A program made the position numbers and the translations under genes. Under the pieces are notes generated by a model, which ran no database searches, was not told where the DNA came from, and was given only the letters and a program-made list of their open reading frames with translations. Source: an uncultured archaeon (lineage in GTDB: Archaea > Asgardarchaeota > Thorarchaeia > Thorarchaeales > CAZPUN01). From it: 22,174 nt of DNA. The stretch lies in NCBI GenBank assembly GCA_964589775.1, contig CAZPUN010000054.1:1-22174 (forward strand), given 5' to 3'. This document shows positions 1-8,341 of the stretch, piece by piece (the stretch's first letter is position 1; each line of letters starts with the position of its first letter).

Positions 1-317
1 AGAATCGCGGATTGAAAGTTATAGATGAATCTTATAGAATCATCGTCAATCTGGTAGGTTGAAAAGTAGCCCGCAAGAATCGCGGATTGAAAGTCATCTG
101 TCAATTCAATTTCTCGATAGGGTTTATCAACCTGTTGAAAAGTAGCCCGCAAGAATCGCAGATTGAAAGATTGTACAATGCAATGATAAATATTGCACCT
201 AAGCTAAGTTGAAAAGTAGCCCGCAAGAATCGCGGATTGAAAGGTAAGTAAGCTAGTTGTACCACCTGAAATTAAACTAAGGTTGAAAAGTAGCCCGCAA
301 GAATCGCGGATTGAAAG
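1..317 (+). CRISPR. CRISPR array, distal end, truncated by the window edge: 4 full repeats + 1 partial, 4 spacers
   Basis: 36-bp repeat GTTGAAAAGTAGCCCGCAAGAATCGCGGATTGAAAG at 58-93, 134-169 (G>A at 160), 208-243 and 282-317, partial at 1-18. Unique spacers at 19-57 (39 nt), 94-133 (40), 170-207 (38) and 244-281 (38). The 3' ATTGAAAG handle gives the orientation. Confidence 0.98.
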
Positions 318-337
318 GAAAGAAATGATTGGAAGTT

Positions 338-397
338 AAAAAGACTTTTATTTTACCGCGCACTCACAAAACATGATGTACGTACATTTGGATGTGA
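338..397 (+). promoter_or_regulatory. Putative archaeal promoter and SD of the PRTase-MTAP operon, with a 12-bp palindrome near the expected TSS
   Basis: A-rich BRE-like 338-343, TTTTATTT 346-353, perfect palindrome ATGTACGTACAT 376-387, SD-like GGATGTGA 390-397 before ATG 405. Confidence 0.45.
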
Positions 398-404
398 TAA
401 ATGT

Positions 405-1064
405 ATGGCACTCAAAGGAATAAAGTGCAAACTACTTTCATGGGATGATGTTTATAATTATGCAATTTCTGCAGGCGATAAAGTTAAGAAAGATGGCTTT
501 AGACCTGAAGTTATTGTAGGAATTTCAAGAGGTGGATGGGTCCATGCAAGGATCCAGAGTGATTATTTAGGTGTCAAGCAATTATACACTATAAAAGTAG
601 CACATTGGGGTGTTACTGCAACAATTACGGGCAATGCAGAACTTCAGATACCTCTTGTGGGTGATGTTAAAGGCAAGAAAGTTCTTGTAGTTGATGACAT
701 TACCGATACAGGAGACAGTTTGAGTCTTGGTGTCAAGCATGTTCAAGAGAAAGGCGCCGCTGAAGTTCGAACTGCAACATTACAACACATAAAGGATTCC
801 AAATTTGTTCCAGATTATTACGGTGAGGAAGTTGAATGGTCATGGTTTGTATATCCATGGAACTTTTTCGAGGACATGGTTTCATTAATCGGCAAGATAT
901 TCGAAGGTGAAAAGACAGATACATTGAAAGACGAGCAAGTAATTAATTTGCTAAAAGAATACAATGGAATAACAGTGCCTGCAGAGAGATTCAATAGAGT
1001 CAAAGACCATCTAAATTGGTTAGGAACTTATGAAATCAAGAATGGTGTTTGGAAAAAGCTATAG
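405..1064 (+). CDS. Type I phosphoribosyltransferase (archaeal purine/xanthine-guanine PRTase-like)
   Basis: GISRGG loop, PRPP-binding motif VLVVDDITDTGDSL, PDYY...WFVYPW; adjacent to MTAP. Confidence 0.92.
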   Translation: MALKGIKCKLLSWDDVYNYAISAGDKVKKDGFRPEVIVGISRGGWVHARIQSDYLGVKQLYTIKVAHWGVTATITGNAELQIPLVGDVKGKKVLVVDDITDTGDSLSLGVKHVQEKGAAEVRTATLQHIKDSKFVPDYYGEEVEWSWFVYPWNFFEDMVSLIGKIFEGEKTDTLKDEQVINLLKEYNGITVPAERFNRVKDHLNWLGTYEIKNGVWKKL

Positions 1065-1076
1065 GAGAGAGAAGAA

Positions 1077-1937
1077 ATGACTCGCTTTGAAGGAGGATTA
1101 ATAGTACCGAGAGATCCATCAAAGGCAGACCGCCTAAAAGAATTATTACCAATAGAGATTGGAATATTAGGTGGAAGTGGAAATTACGATCCAGCTTTTG
1201 TTGAAAATACTGTTGAAGTTAAGGTTTATACGCCCTATGGAAATCCTTCTGATTTTTATGTTCTCGGGACTATGAGAGGCAGGAAAGTTGCTTTTCTCGC
1301 AAGACATGGTAGAGGACACAAGATCCCACCACACAAGATAAACTATCGTGCGAACATCTGGGGCTTTAAGACACTGGGTGTAAAACGAATAATTGCATCA
1401 TCAGCTTGTGGAATTCTACAACCCGAGAAAATTAAAGTTGGAGAATTTGTAATTGCGGACCAACTCTTTGATAGAACCTTCGGACAACGCGCTGATACAT
1501 TCTTTGACGGCGGTGTAGTTGCACATGTTGCATTTAAACAGCCATTCTGTCCGGAATTACGAAAAGTGATCATTGACACAGCGAAAGAAATCAACTATAA
1601 AGTGCATGAAAAAGGAACTTATGTTGCCATAAACGGACCCAGATTTTCGACTACAGCAGAGTCATTGTTCTATCACAAGATGGGGTTTGATATTATTGGA
1701 ATGACTGCGTATCCTGAGGCAATACTCGCAAGAGAAGCTGAACTATGTTATGCATTAATTGCACTACCAACAGATACAGACATCCACGAGGAAGAAGAAG
1801 TCAGTGTAGAAGTTGTCATTCAAAACATGCAGAAAAATGTCGAACGCGTAAGAAAATTACTATATGAAGTCATACCAAAGATTCCAAAAGAAAGAAATTG
1901 TAAATGTGGCCAAGCCTTAGAAGCAGCTTACTTCTAG
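1077..1937 (+). CDS. mtnP: S-methyl-5'-thioadenosine phosphorylase (PNP/MTAP family 2)
   Basis: IGILGGSG, TPYG.PS, LARHG..H.IPPH.INYRANIW, GPRFST.AES, IIGMT..PE..LARE, TDTD, C-terminal CxC. Confidence 0.93.
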   Translation: MTRFEGGLIVPRDPSKADRLKELLPIEIGILGGSGNYDPAFVENTVEVKVYTPYGNPSDFYVLGTMRGRKVAFLARHGRGHKIPPHKINYRANIWGFKTLGVKRIIASSACGILQPEKIKVGEFVIADQLFDRTFGQRADTFFDGGVVAHVAFKQPFCPELRKVIIDTAKEINYKVHEKGTYVAINGPRFSTTAESLFYHKMGFDIIGMTAYPEAILAREAELCYALIALPTDTDIHEEEEVSVEVVIQNMQKNVERVRKLLYEVIPKIPKERNCKCGQALEAAYF

Positions 1938-1958
1938 GCATCAGCCAATTCATATTTT

Positions 1959-2570
1959 TTATTTTATATCGATCCACTTAATCATTTTCATATCTTCGAG
2001 GGCTGTGAGATGCTTTTGCACAGCTACAAGTGGAACCCCAAGTTCTTTTGCAATATCCTGGGCGGTTCGCTTGCCATCACATAGGACCGCTACATTATAG
2101 ACTTCCTGAGACATCTGACCAAATCGTACGACCATAGGCGAAAGTTTTCCTTTTAATTTCGGAGCAACCACACGCTGCTCAGCTATTTTTCCATTTTGGG
2201 TAAATTCATCGATTTTCTTCTTAAAATCTTCAAACATTTCCAAATTGCCATTCCATGAAGAAAGCTCATCTGCAAATAGCTTATTGAATTCATCATTTAT
2301 TTTTGTTAAAGTAGACATAACTATGTTATTGTCATCTAGTTTATCCACAGCTGCCGCCACAATTACATGATCTTTTAGAGACAGACAGAGGTCAAAATTT
2401 TGGAATTCAATAACATGCACTTTATTACCAGAACTTAATTCTTCACCAAAATTAATTAATGCAGATAAAAATCCACTTATTAAGTTAGGATCAATCAAGG
2501 ATTCACCATAAGTTCGGTCCACTACACATAAACCGCTATCCGCGATCAATACATAGATTGCATTTATCAA
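1959..2570 (-). CDS. Longin-domain protein with C-terminal winged-helix domain (Asgard eukaryotic-signature type)
   Basis: N-terminal IYVL...SGLCVV.R.Y.....DPNLISGFLSAL..F..E longin pattern; C-terminal LCDGKRTAQDIAKELGV....VQKHL..LE HTH. TTG start with GGGAG SD. Confidence 0.8.
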   Translation of the reverse strand: MINAIYVLIADSGLCVVDRTYGESLIDPNLISGFLSALINFGEELSSGNKVHVIEFQNFDLCLSLKDHVIVAAAVDKLDDNNIVMSTLTKINDEFNKLFADELSSWNGNLEMFEDFKKKIDEFTQNGKIAEQRVVAPKLKGKLSPMVVRFGQMSQEVYNVAVLCDGKRTAQDIAKELGVPLVAVQKHLTALEDMKMIKWIDIK

Positions 2571-2672
2571 ATTTAATTCTCCCTTTTAGTTTTTAATATA
2601 CTACATTTAATATCACATAAAGTAAATATAAGATTTTATCCTGAATTGACATGGGTTTTATCATTAGTCGTC

Positions 2673-2715
2673 GCTATGAAAGCACCACTCATTAGGGTGG
2701 AGAGTGTGCCATAGC
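2673..2715. ncRNA. Candidate structured RNA element (nested hairpin) in a divergent intergenic region
   Basis: GCTATG (2673-2678) pairs with CATAGC (2710-2715) and encloses GCAC/GTGC and CCACTC-ATTA-GGGTGG. GC-rich patch in an AT-rich spacer. Family not recognised. Confidence 0.35.
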
Positions 2716-2840
2716 TAAATACTTGATGCGTATATAGATAAATCTTCACCATTTTGAAAAGTGATGTATTATCTAAAGTATAACATACAAAGGAAACATA
2801 TAAAGATAAATAACACACAACGATTTGTAGGTGATGAATT

Positions 2841-3542
2841 ATGGATACTGGAAATGATGGACGCATTTTAATGGCGATAAAATCTGCAAACACACTAAAA
2901 GAAATTTTCAAAGGAAAACGATTCAAAATTCAATTTCCTTATGGTGAAAATGAGAAAAAAATAGATGAAGTACTCAGAACACTCATGACTATAAGATATT
3001 CATACATGGAGGCAAAACAGCTTGCTGAAAATCCAGAACTATTGAAAGTTGTAGATTATGCAAAAAAGATGCGTGAATATCTACAGCAGGCTATGAAAAA
3101 ATCAGGGATCAAACCTCAATCCGAGAAAGATAAACTGGTATTTGCTGAGGCCTTCTATGCAATGGAAACACTCATTGAACTACCACGGAAATTAAGAGAT
3201 GCCCCGTCAGATGATGCGGGATACGCAATAGATCTATTTACGGTCCAGATTACAGATGTGAAAAAACACCCTGAAGCATCAAAACTTAAGGTTTGTCGAT
3301 GTACGGATGGAAAGAAACCGTGGACAATTATTACAAATATTGAAACTGTCAAAAAAGGGGACATTATGCTTGCCGCAAAATTACCACCGGTGCTTCTCAT
3401 GGGACTCCTAAGTGAAGCGATGTTTATTTCAAGCGAACCATTACCACCAAACACAGAAATTGGAAAAATAATCAAGCCAGAAGGCAAATTACTGGATGTT
3501 GCCCGAGGACATGTCTTAAACGAAATCAAAAATATCAAATAA
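2841..3542 (+). CDS. Archaeal tRNA-binding protein: helical N-domain plus C-terminal EMAP/Trbp111/CsaA-like OB fold (COG2517-like)
   Basis: C-terminal V.I.DVKKHP.ASKL.V......IITN....K.GD......LPP..LMG..SEAMF pattern typical of tRNA_bind domains. Confidence 0.82.
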   Translation: MDTGNDGRILMAIKSANTLKEIFKGKRFKIQFPYGENEKKIDEVLRTLMTIRYSYMEAKQLAENPELLKVVDYAKKMREYLQQAMKKSGIKPQSEKDKLVFAEAFYAMETLIELPRKLRDAPSDDAGYAIDLFTVQITDVKKHPEASKLKVCRCTDGKKPWTIITNIETVKKGDIMLAAKLPPVLLMGLLSEAMFISSEPLPPNTEIGKIIKPEGKLLDVARGHVLNEIKNIK

Positions 3543-3557
3543 TCGAGGCGAGAAATA

Positions 3558-3899
3558 TTGGACCTCAGAGAAATACAACGCATGAAACACGAATTCGAGA
3601 AGGAACGCGGTTGGGATAAATTTTCTCCCGCTCTAGTTTTTACTCATCTAATTGAAGAATTAGGAGAAATCGCAGATTATATTTTGGTAGAAGAAAAATA
3701 CAAGATTCCGGGTCTAGGGCATGATGCCCCAGATATTAAGAATTTATCAAGAGAGTTTGCACAGGCGTTCAACTTATTCGTGCAGCTTGCAAACCACTTC
3801 AACATTGATTTAGAAGATGCAATTTTAAATGAGATGGAAATCATGGCGAAACGATTTCCAGCGGATAAATGGAGAAAAGTTATGGACAATTATTCATAA
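3558..3899 (+). CDS. MazG-like all-alpha NTP pyrophosphohydrolase
   Basis: ERGW, HLIEELGEIA, L..EFAQ...., LANHFNIDLEDAI..........RFP; TTG start with GAGG SD. Confidence 0.85.
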   Translation: MDLREIQRMKHEFEKERGWDKFSPALVFTHLIEELGEIADYILVEEKYKIPGLGHDAPDIKNLSREFAQAFNLFVQLANHFNIDLEDAILNEMEIMAKRFPADKWRKVMDNYS

Positions 3900-3904
3900 T
3901 TGTC

Positions 3905-4345
3905 TTACTTTTTCTTTCGTTCTAAAATTGCACGATCTAAGGAGTTCTTAACATACTTTTCTAATTCTTTTGTAATGTCAATATATGCAATTGCTTTATT
4001 ATACACACGTGCAATTCCTTGTTCTTTTGCAACAGTTGCAAGACCTTGAATTAATGGGCCCATTGCAATATTAGCTGCTTCAACGAGTCCCATTGCCTGA
4101 TTTAACAGTTCGACCTTCTTTTTATCGTTTTTTTCGGCTTCAGCAACTCTCAACCAGACAAGAGAATGGAGCACATTTAGAGAGTCCAATATTAATGTAG
4201 AAGATTTTGGACGATCTTGAACTTCCTTTATAAAATTATTTAATCGATGTTCATAAACATCTTTAAATAGACCATATGCTTTTTTAGCGTTTCCTTTTTC
4301 TAGCTCAGCAATTCCTTTACTTAACTTTTCTGCGTATTCGGACGT
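3905..4345 (-). CDS. Alpha-helical (TPR-like) hypothetical protein, probably 146 aa from a non-canonical ACG start
   Basis: The track ORF (start 4189) stays open 52 codons further upstream: (M)SEYAEKLSKGIAELEKGNAKKAYGLFKDVYEHRLNNFIKEVQDRPKSSTLI-LDSLNVLH. It reaches ACG at 4345-4343, preceded by in-frame TAA and SD-like GGAGAGTGG (4359-4351). Confidence 0.75.
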   Translation of the reverse strand, partial: TSEYAEKLSKGIAELEKGNAKKAYGLFKDVYEHRLNNFIKEVQDRPKSSTLILDSLNVLHSLVWLRVAEAEKNDKKKVELLNQAMGLVEAANIAMGPLIQGLATVAKEQGIARVYNKAIAYIDITKELEKYVKNSLDRAILERKKK

Positions 4346-4753
4346 TTAAACCACTCTCCAACATGATTTTACTTATGAGCGTTATAATTTGTTTCAATTG
4401 CGCGAAAGATATAAACATTATATAATCATTTCAAATTACGCATAACACGTAATAATTTTTGCAACACTCATGTTATTATTATTAACTCAATATTTAAGAA
4501 TTTCTTACAGAACCTATACGAAAAAACATCGCTTTTAAAGTCTTAAGATTTAAAGCCGAAGGTTTTATCATAAATTTATGCAAAAACATACAATTATTTA
4601 GATAAGATATCTAACACAGCTAGTAATCTCAAAGAGCATGAGCATATTGTTATCGCATTTGGCATAACAAGTATGTAATAGAATACGCATTCAAACAAAA
4701 TAGCCTAACAGAACCCTCGCTTTTCAATACGTAGAGCAAATTAAACGAAAATT

Positions 4754-5128
4754 TTAGATAGATACTATAGAATTGAATCCAGCTCTATTAAGATCTTTTA
4801 ATATATTCATAAGGTCAGATTCTTCTAATGGATTCTCTAATGCGTGAAGACAACATTCTAGAATTAATAACTGCTTTTCGGAGATGTTTGTAGCATCTAA
4901 GTCCTTTATGGCATCAAATATTGCAACTGTAGCCCTAGCATTTGGATGAAGAGCTGAAAATTCCACGGTAAATGCCATAAACAAAAGTTCTAGTTCTTCA
5001 CGAATATCTTTTAATCGTAAATTTGCATCTTTAATTTCGTTTTCTAGTAAAGCCGACCGTAATCCATTTGCATATTCTCTAATTTTTTGAAGTGATTCAT
5101 CAATCATGGGAGTAAACAGCAAGGGCAC
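4754..5128 (-). CDS. Hypothetical helical protein (exact start uncertain)
   Basis: 124-aa ORF with amphipathic helical composition. A strong AGGAGGTG SD overlaps the called GTG, so the true start may be a few codons downstream. Confidence 0.7.
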   Translation of the reverse strand: MPLLFTPMIDESLQKIREYANGLRSALLENEIKDANLRLKDIREELELLFMAFTVEFSALHPNARATVAIFDAIKDLDATNISEKQLLILECCLHALENPLEESDLMNILKDLNRAGFNSIVSI

Positions 5129-5185
5129 CTCCTAATAATAAATAAATGTGTAAAAAAGATATAAAACTTCGTATATTTTTTAAGA

Positions 5186-6274
5186 TTATTCAAATATAGA
5201 ATTCACCATGAATTTCATATCGGTTTTCCAAGATTTTTTCTCAGTATCAAATGTCTCAGACCAGAAACAATATGTCTCAGTAGATTGATAATCAAGCCAG
5301 TAAATATCAAAATCATCAAAATAATTCCAAAGATTGCCGATAAATGGAGACATTTGGTCCTGTGAAATACCTAAATACCAAATAATGCCATGTTTGGTTT
5401 TCCTCATTGTGGACTGGAATGGAATGGGATTATTTATGAGATTAGAATATAATCGATCACGCTCTTTCTTAGACGTGCGAATGACAATTATTTGTGGATT
5501 GAAAATATTAAATACTTGCCATGTAAGAAACACTCGAAATCCCGATATAACGTTCTTCTTCAAAAATTGTATTGAACGCGTAATTTGATATGGTTCAACA
5601 TTTAATTTCGTAGCCAGATCTAAATTACGAATTCGTGCATTATATGAAAGTTCTTCTAGAACCTTAAGATCAAGTTCAGAAAGCCGTCTTAGTACAGACT
5701 TATATTTTTTGGAAGAAATTATAGGTACGGAATCTAACTCTGAAAACCACCAGTTCCAATCGTAATTCCACGTAAGACCATTCCATGCTTTGAAGTCCGC
5801 TTTCGTATATATTGAAGAGCCTGTTGAATTAATATTGAAATAATCAATTATGTATTTTTCCTTCAAGCGATCTAAAAACTTCACTAAATTATTAGTGGTC
5901 GATTTAGGAATTCTAAATTGTACATATATTCCCTTTTGTGGTCCAACAATTCTGCCTCTGAATAAAATATAGGGATGCTTATCCAGAAGGTCTTCAGTTT
6001 TTACCAAATGATACTTAGAGTCGATTTCCAAAATCATATCAACAAGTTGTAAGTCAATTGCATCGCAATTTATATCAGCAGAAACGCGATAGTATAGCCC
6101 CACTTCACTGATTTTATCCATTTTCGCTTTTGCAGTAGGTGGAGTCACATTCAGCATACGAGCTAATTGGTGAAAACTAGCAAGTGGTTCTTGTTGAAGG
6201 GCAATTAGGAACTTTATAATGTCTGGAGTAATCTCCAAGTTCCTAATCGCCTTATTTGTAGTCATTTGGCTCAT
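5186..6274 (-). CDS. Tandem (duplicated) Lrp/AsnC-family winged-helix transcriptional regulator
   Basis: Two HTH units (ALQQEPLASFHQLARMLNVTPPTAKAKM and LDLKVLEELSYNARIRNLDLATKLNVEPYQITRSIQFL), each followed by a RAM-like alpha/beta domain. Confidence 0.85.
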   Translation of the reverse strand: MSQMTTNKAIRNLEITPDIIKFLIALQQEPLASFHQLARMLNVTPPTAKAKMDKISEVGLYYRVSADINCDAIDLQLVDMILEIDSKYHLVKTEDLLDKHPYILFRGRIVGPQKGIYVQFRIPKSTTNNLVKFLDRLKEKYIIDYFNINSTGSSIYTKADFKAWNGLTWNYDWNWWFSELDSVPIISSKKYKSVLRRLSELDLKVLEELSYNARIRNLDLATKLNVEPYQITRSIQFLKKNVISGFRVFLTWQVFNIFNPQIIVIRTSKKERDRLYSNLINNPIPFQSTMRKTKHGIIWYLGISQDQMSPFIGNLWNYFDDFDIYWLDYQSTETYCFWSETFDTEKKSWKTDMKFMVNSIFE

Positions 6275-6325
6275 CTTCTGTTTTCTATTATGACACTGTT
6301 TAAATTCAACAAAGATTATGAAAGA

Positions 6326-6814
6326 TTAAGCTGGAATCGCCTCGACAATCACTGACGGCGCTCCATTTCCACCTTTCTTGGGAGGATCAAATGCGTATAC
6401 TGAGGTCGAGAAGCTATTTAAATAGTCATTGAAGTACGCATGTGCTCTGATAACATACCATCCCTGCTCCGTTACTGTATTAAGAGCACTAAACACTAGA
6501 TATTGATCCACTGCTGGACTGATAAAATGAGCTTTAATGAGATATCCATTTCCTGAGGGAAGATATATGTACATATAGAGATACCATTCCAGTGAGCTCT
6601 CAAGATAAAATACGTTTAATTCCAGATATGTGACTATGCGTATATCATCTTGGAAACCATCGCCATCACAGTCTGCATAGCTAGCAGAAACAATTGTCAA
6701 ATTTGTACTTCCGAATGTATATGCCGAAGCAGTTGGAATAGAAAACATCAGAAGCATAGCCATTAAAGACAATATGGCAAGACTTCTGTGCACTTTCATC
6801 GTAGTAACATCCAT
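6326..6814 (-). CDS. Secreted beta-rich protein with a DxDxDG Ca-binding-type motif
   Basis: Signal peptide (KVHR + hydrophobic stretch + TASA cleavage site), YADCDGDGFQDDI motif, beta-strand-rich body. Confidence 0.75.
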   Translation of the reverse strand: MDVTTMKVHRSLAILSLMAMLLMFSIPTASAYTFGSTNLTIVSASYADCDGDGFQDDIRIVTYLELNVFYLESSLEWYLYMYIYLPSGNGYLIKAHFISPAVDQYLVFSALNTVTEQGWYVIRAHAYFNDYLNSFSTSVYAFDPPKKGGNGAPSVIVEAIPA

Positions 6815-6941
6815 AAGTTATTTAACGATACATAAATGGAAAAACATTATAAAAGTATTACTATAAAAAAATCGTATTTGGAAAAATTAATTGAAATTAA
6901 AAATAATTAGATGAAATATTAATTAGGAAAGAGGTGTTTCT

Positions 6942-8297
6942 TTGATAGTATATATAATTAAAGCAAATGAAAATCCAGAAACAATTCCGGATTACGTACA
7001 GACTGTTTATTTGATCTCTGATAAAAATACAAACGTCGAGAAAATAAATGAATTTAAGGAAAAAATAAGAAAAAGAATTAAGATCATTAAGATGGCAACA
7101 CCACCAAAGTATCCAGAAATTGTAGAAAAATTAAGGCCTCGAATTGAAAAGGAATTTGGAAAATACACAACAATTCTTCATCCATATCTTGTAAAGAATC
7201 TGATTAAAGATATGAAGAGATGGGGGTTCGGCAATGAAGAAAACTTGGAACCTCATAGATTGATTGAGATTGCAATAAGCTATATCGATCGAGAGAAATA
7301 TGAAGATATGATTAAAGAAGGTCAAGAAGAGTATAGTATAAAATTCTTGCAAGGACGAAAAGCCTGGACCGATACAGACCTTATGAATTTCACAATATGG
7401 TTTACCTTTACAAAAGTCATAAAGCCGCCGGACCAAACTTTTGCGGATATTGTAGCGACATCTGGAAAAGGTTTAAAACCTAGTGAGCGAAAAGCGATTG
7501 TTGCATTTAAGGACTATATAGACGGCGCTTTTGAAATAGTTCATACAGAGAAACAGTGCTATATTGGACAAGATGTATTGACAAAAGAGAACTACTATAT
7601 ATTAAAGCCAGAAATTAGTAGATTACCAAAGCTTGAGGTTGGTTCAATAATCAGATGCAAGATATTTCCATGGAAAGGATTCTTTATAATATATGGGCCG
7701 GTGATGGTAGTTCCAAAGAAGGATGCTGAAGAATACAAACAACAAATTTATGATTTAATAGAAAAAACTACAAAACCATCAAAAGAAGAACGTATGGCAG
7801 TTCATAGCGATTTTATTGATTTCTTTGGTACAGACAATGTAATTTTTGAAACTAGTAAAGAATTAGAAGATGCTGTGAACCGATTTATTGATTGGCTAAC
7901 ACGTAAAGAGATGGGAGATACAAAGAAGCATACAGATACAGAACCACCAAAGCGATTTGTCGTTCCGGAAAGCATAATGGGTAAGAAAGGATACGGCTTG
8001 ATATCTTCAATTGAGCATGGAACATACGTTGTTCCGAACTTTCAAGAACTGAAAACAATTTTCTCAATTGATAATCCGAGAGATTATCCCAACTGGAGAA
8101 GAATTTTACGCGAAATCATTGAGGACCCAGAAATTCCACCAGAAGCTCTAAGATTAGCTGCAGAAAATAAAGAAGATATTATGGAAGAAATGATTAAGGA
8201 GATCGTATCCGAAAAAATAAAGGGTTCAGATGAGCCGTTAGATGATTTAATTGAAAAGTATCGTGAAATACTAAAAAAGGAGAAATCTAACAAATAA
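6942..8297 (+). CDS. Hypothetical protein; central region resembles the OB-like domain of SEC-C-associated/DUF3843-like proteins
   Basis: 451-aa ORF, TTG with GAGGTG SD; pattern F..WF.F ... G.FEI ... D.LT.E.Y.I ... L.VG.II..KI.P. Family call is tentative. Confidence 0.7.
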   Translation: MIVYIIKANENPETIPDYVQTVYLISDKNTNVEKINEFKEKIRKRIKIIKMATPPKYPEIVEKLRPRIEKEFGKYTTILHPYLVKNLIKDMKRWGFGNEENLEPHRLIEIAISYIDREKYEDMIKEGQEEYSIKFLQGRKAWTDTDLMNFTIWFTFTKVIKPPDQTFADIVATSGKGLKPSERKAIVAFKDYIDGAFEIVHTEKQCYIGQDVLTKENYYILKPEISRLPKLEVGSIIRCKIFPWKGFFIIYGPVMVVPKKDAEEYKQQIYDLIEKTTKPSKEERMAVHSDFIDFFGTDNVIFETSKELEDAVNRFIDWLTRKEMGDTKKHTDTEPPKRFVVPESIMGKKGYGLISSIEHGTYVVPNFQELKTIFSIDNPRDYPNWRRILREIIEDPEIPPEALRLAAENKEDIMEEMIKEIVSEKIKGSDEPLDDLIEKYREILKKEKSNK

Positions 8298-8341
8298 GGT
8301 TTTATTGCAGCTCATATAGAGAATATGTATAGGTGATAATG

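Noticed and set aside
170-207. Possible self-targeting: spacer 3 shares TATTGCACCTA with the permease gene near 10836
   Set aside because: Only 11 nt match, which is expected by chance in AT-rich DNA.
2636-2926. 96-aa minus-strand ORF
   Set aside because: It overlaps the start of the tRNA-binding gene and crosses promoter-like AT tracts; composition is not protein-like.
6942-7100. N-terminus of the 451-aa protein looked vaguely CARF-like
   Set aside because: Too short and lacks a recognisable CARF ligand-binding motif.
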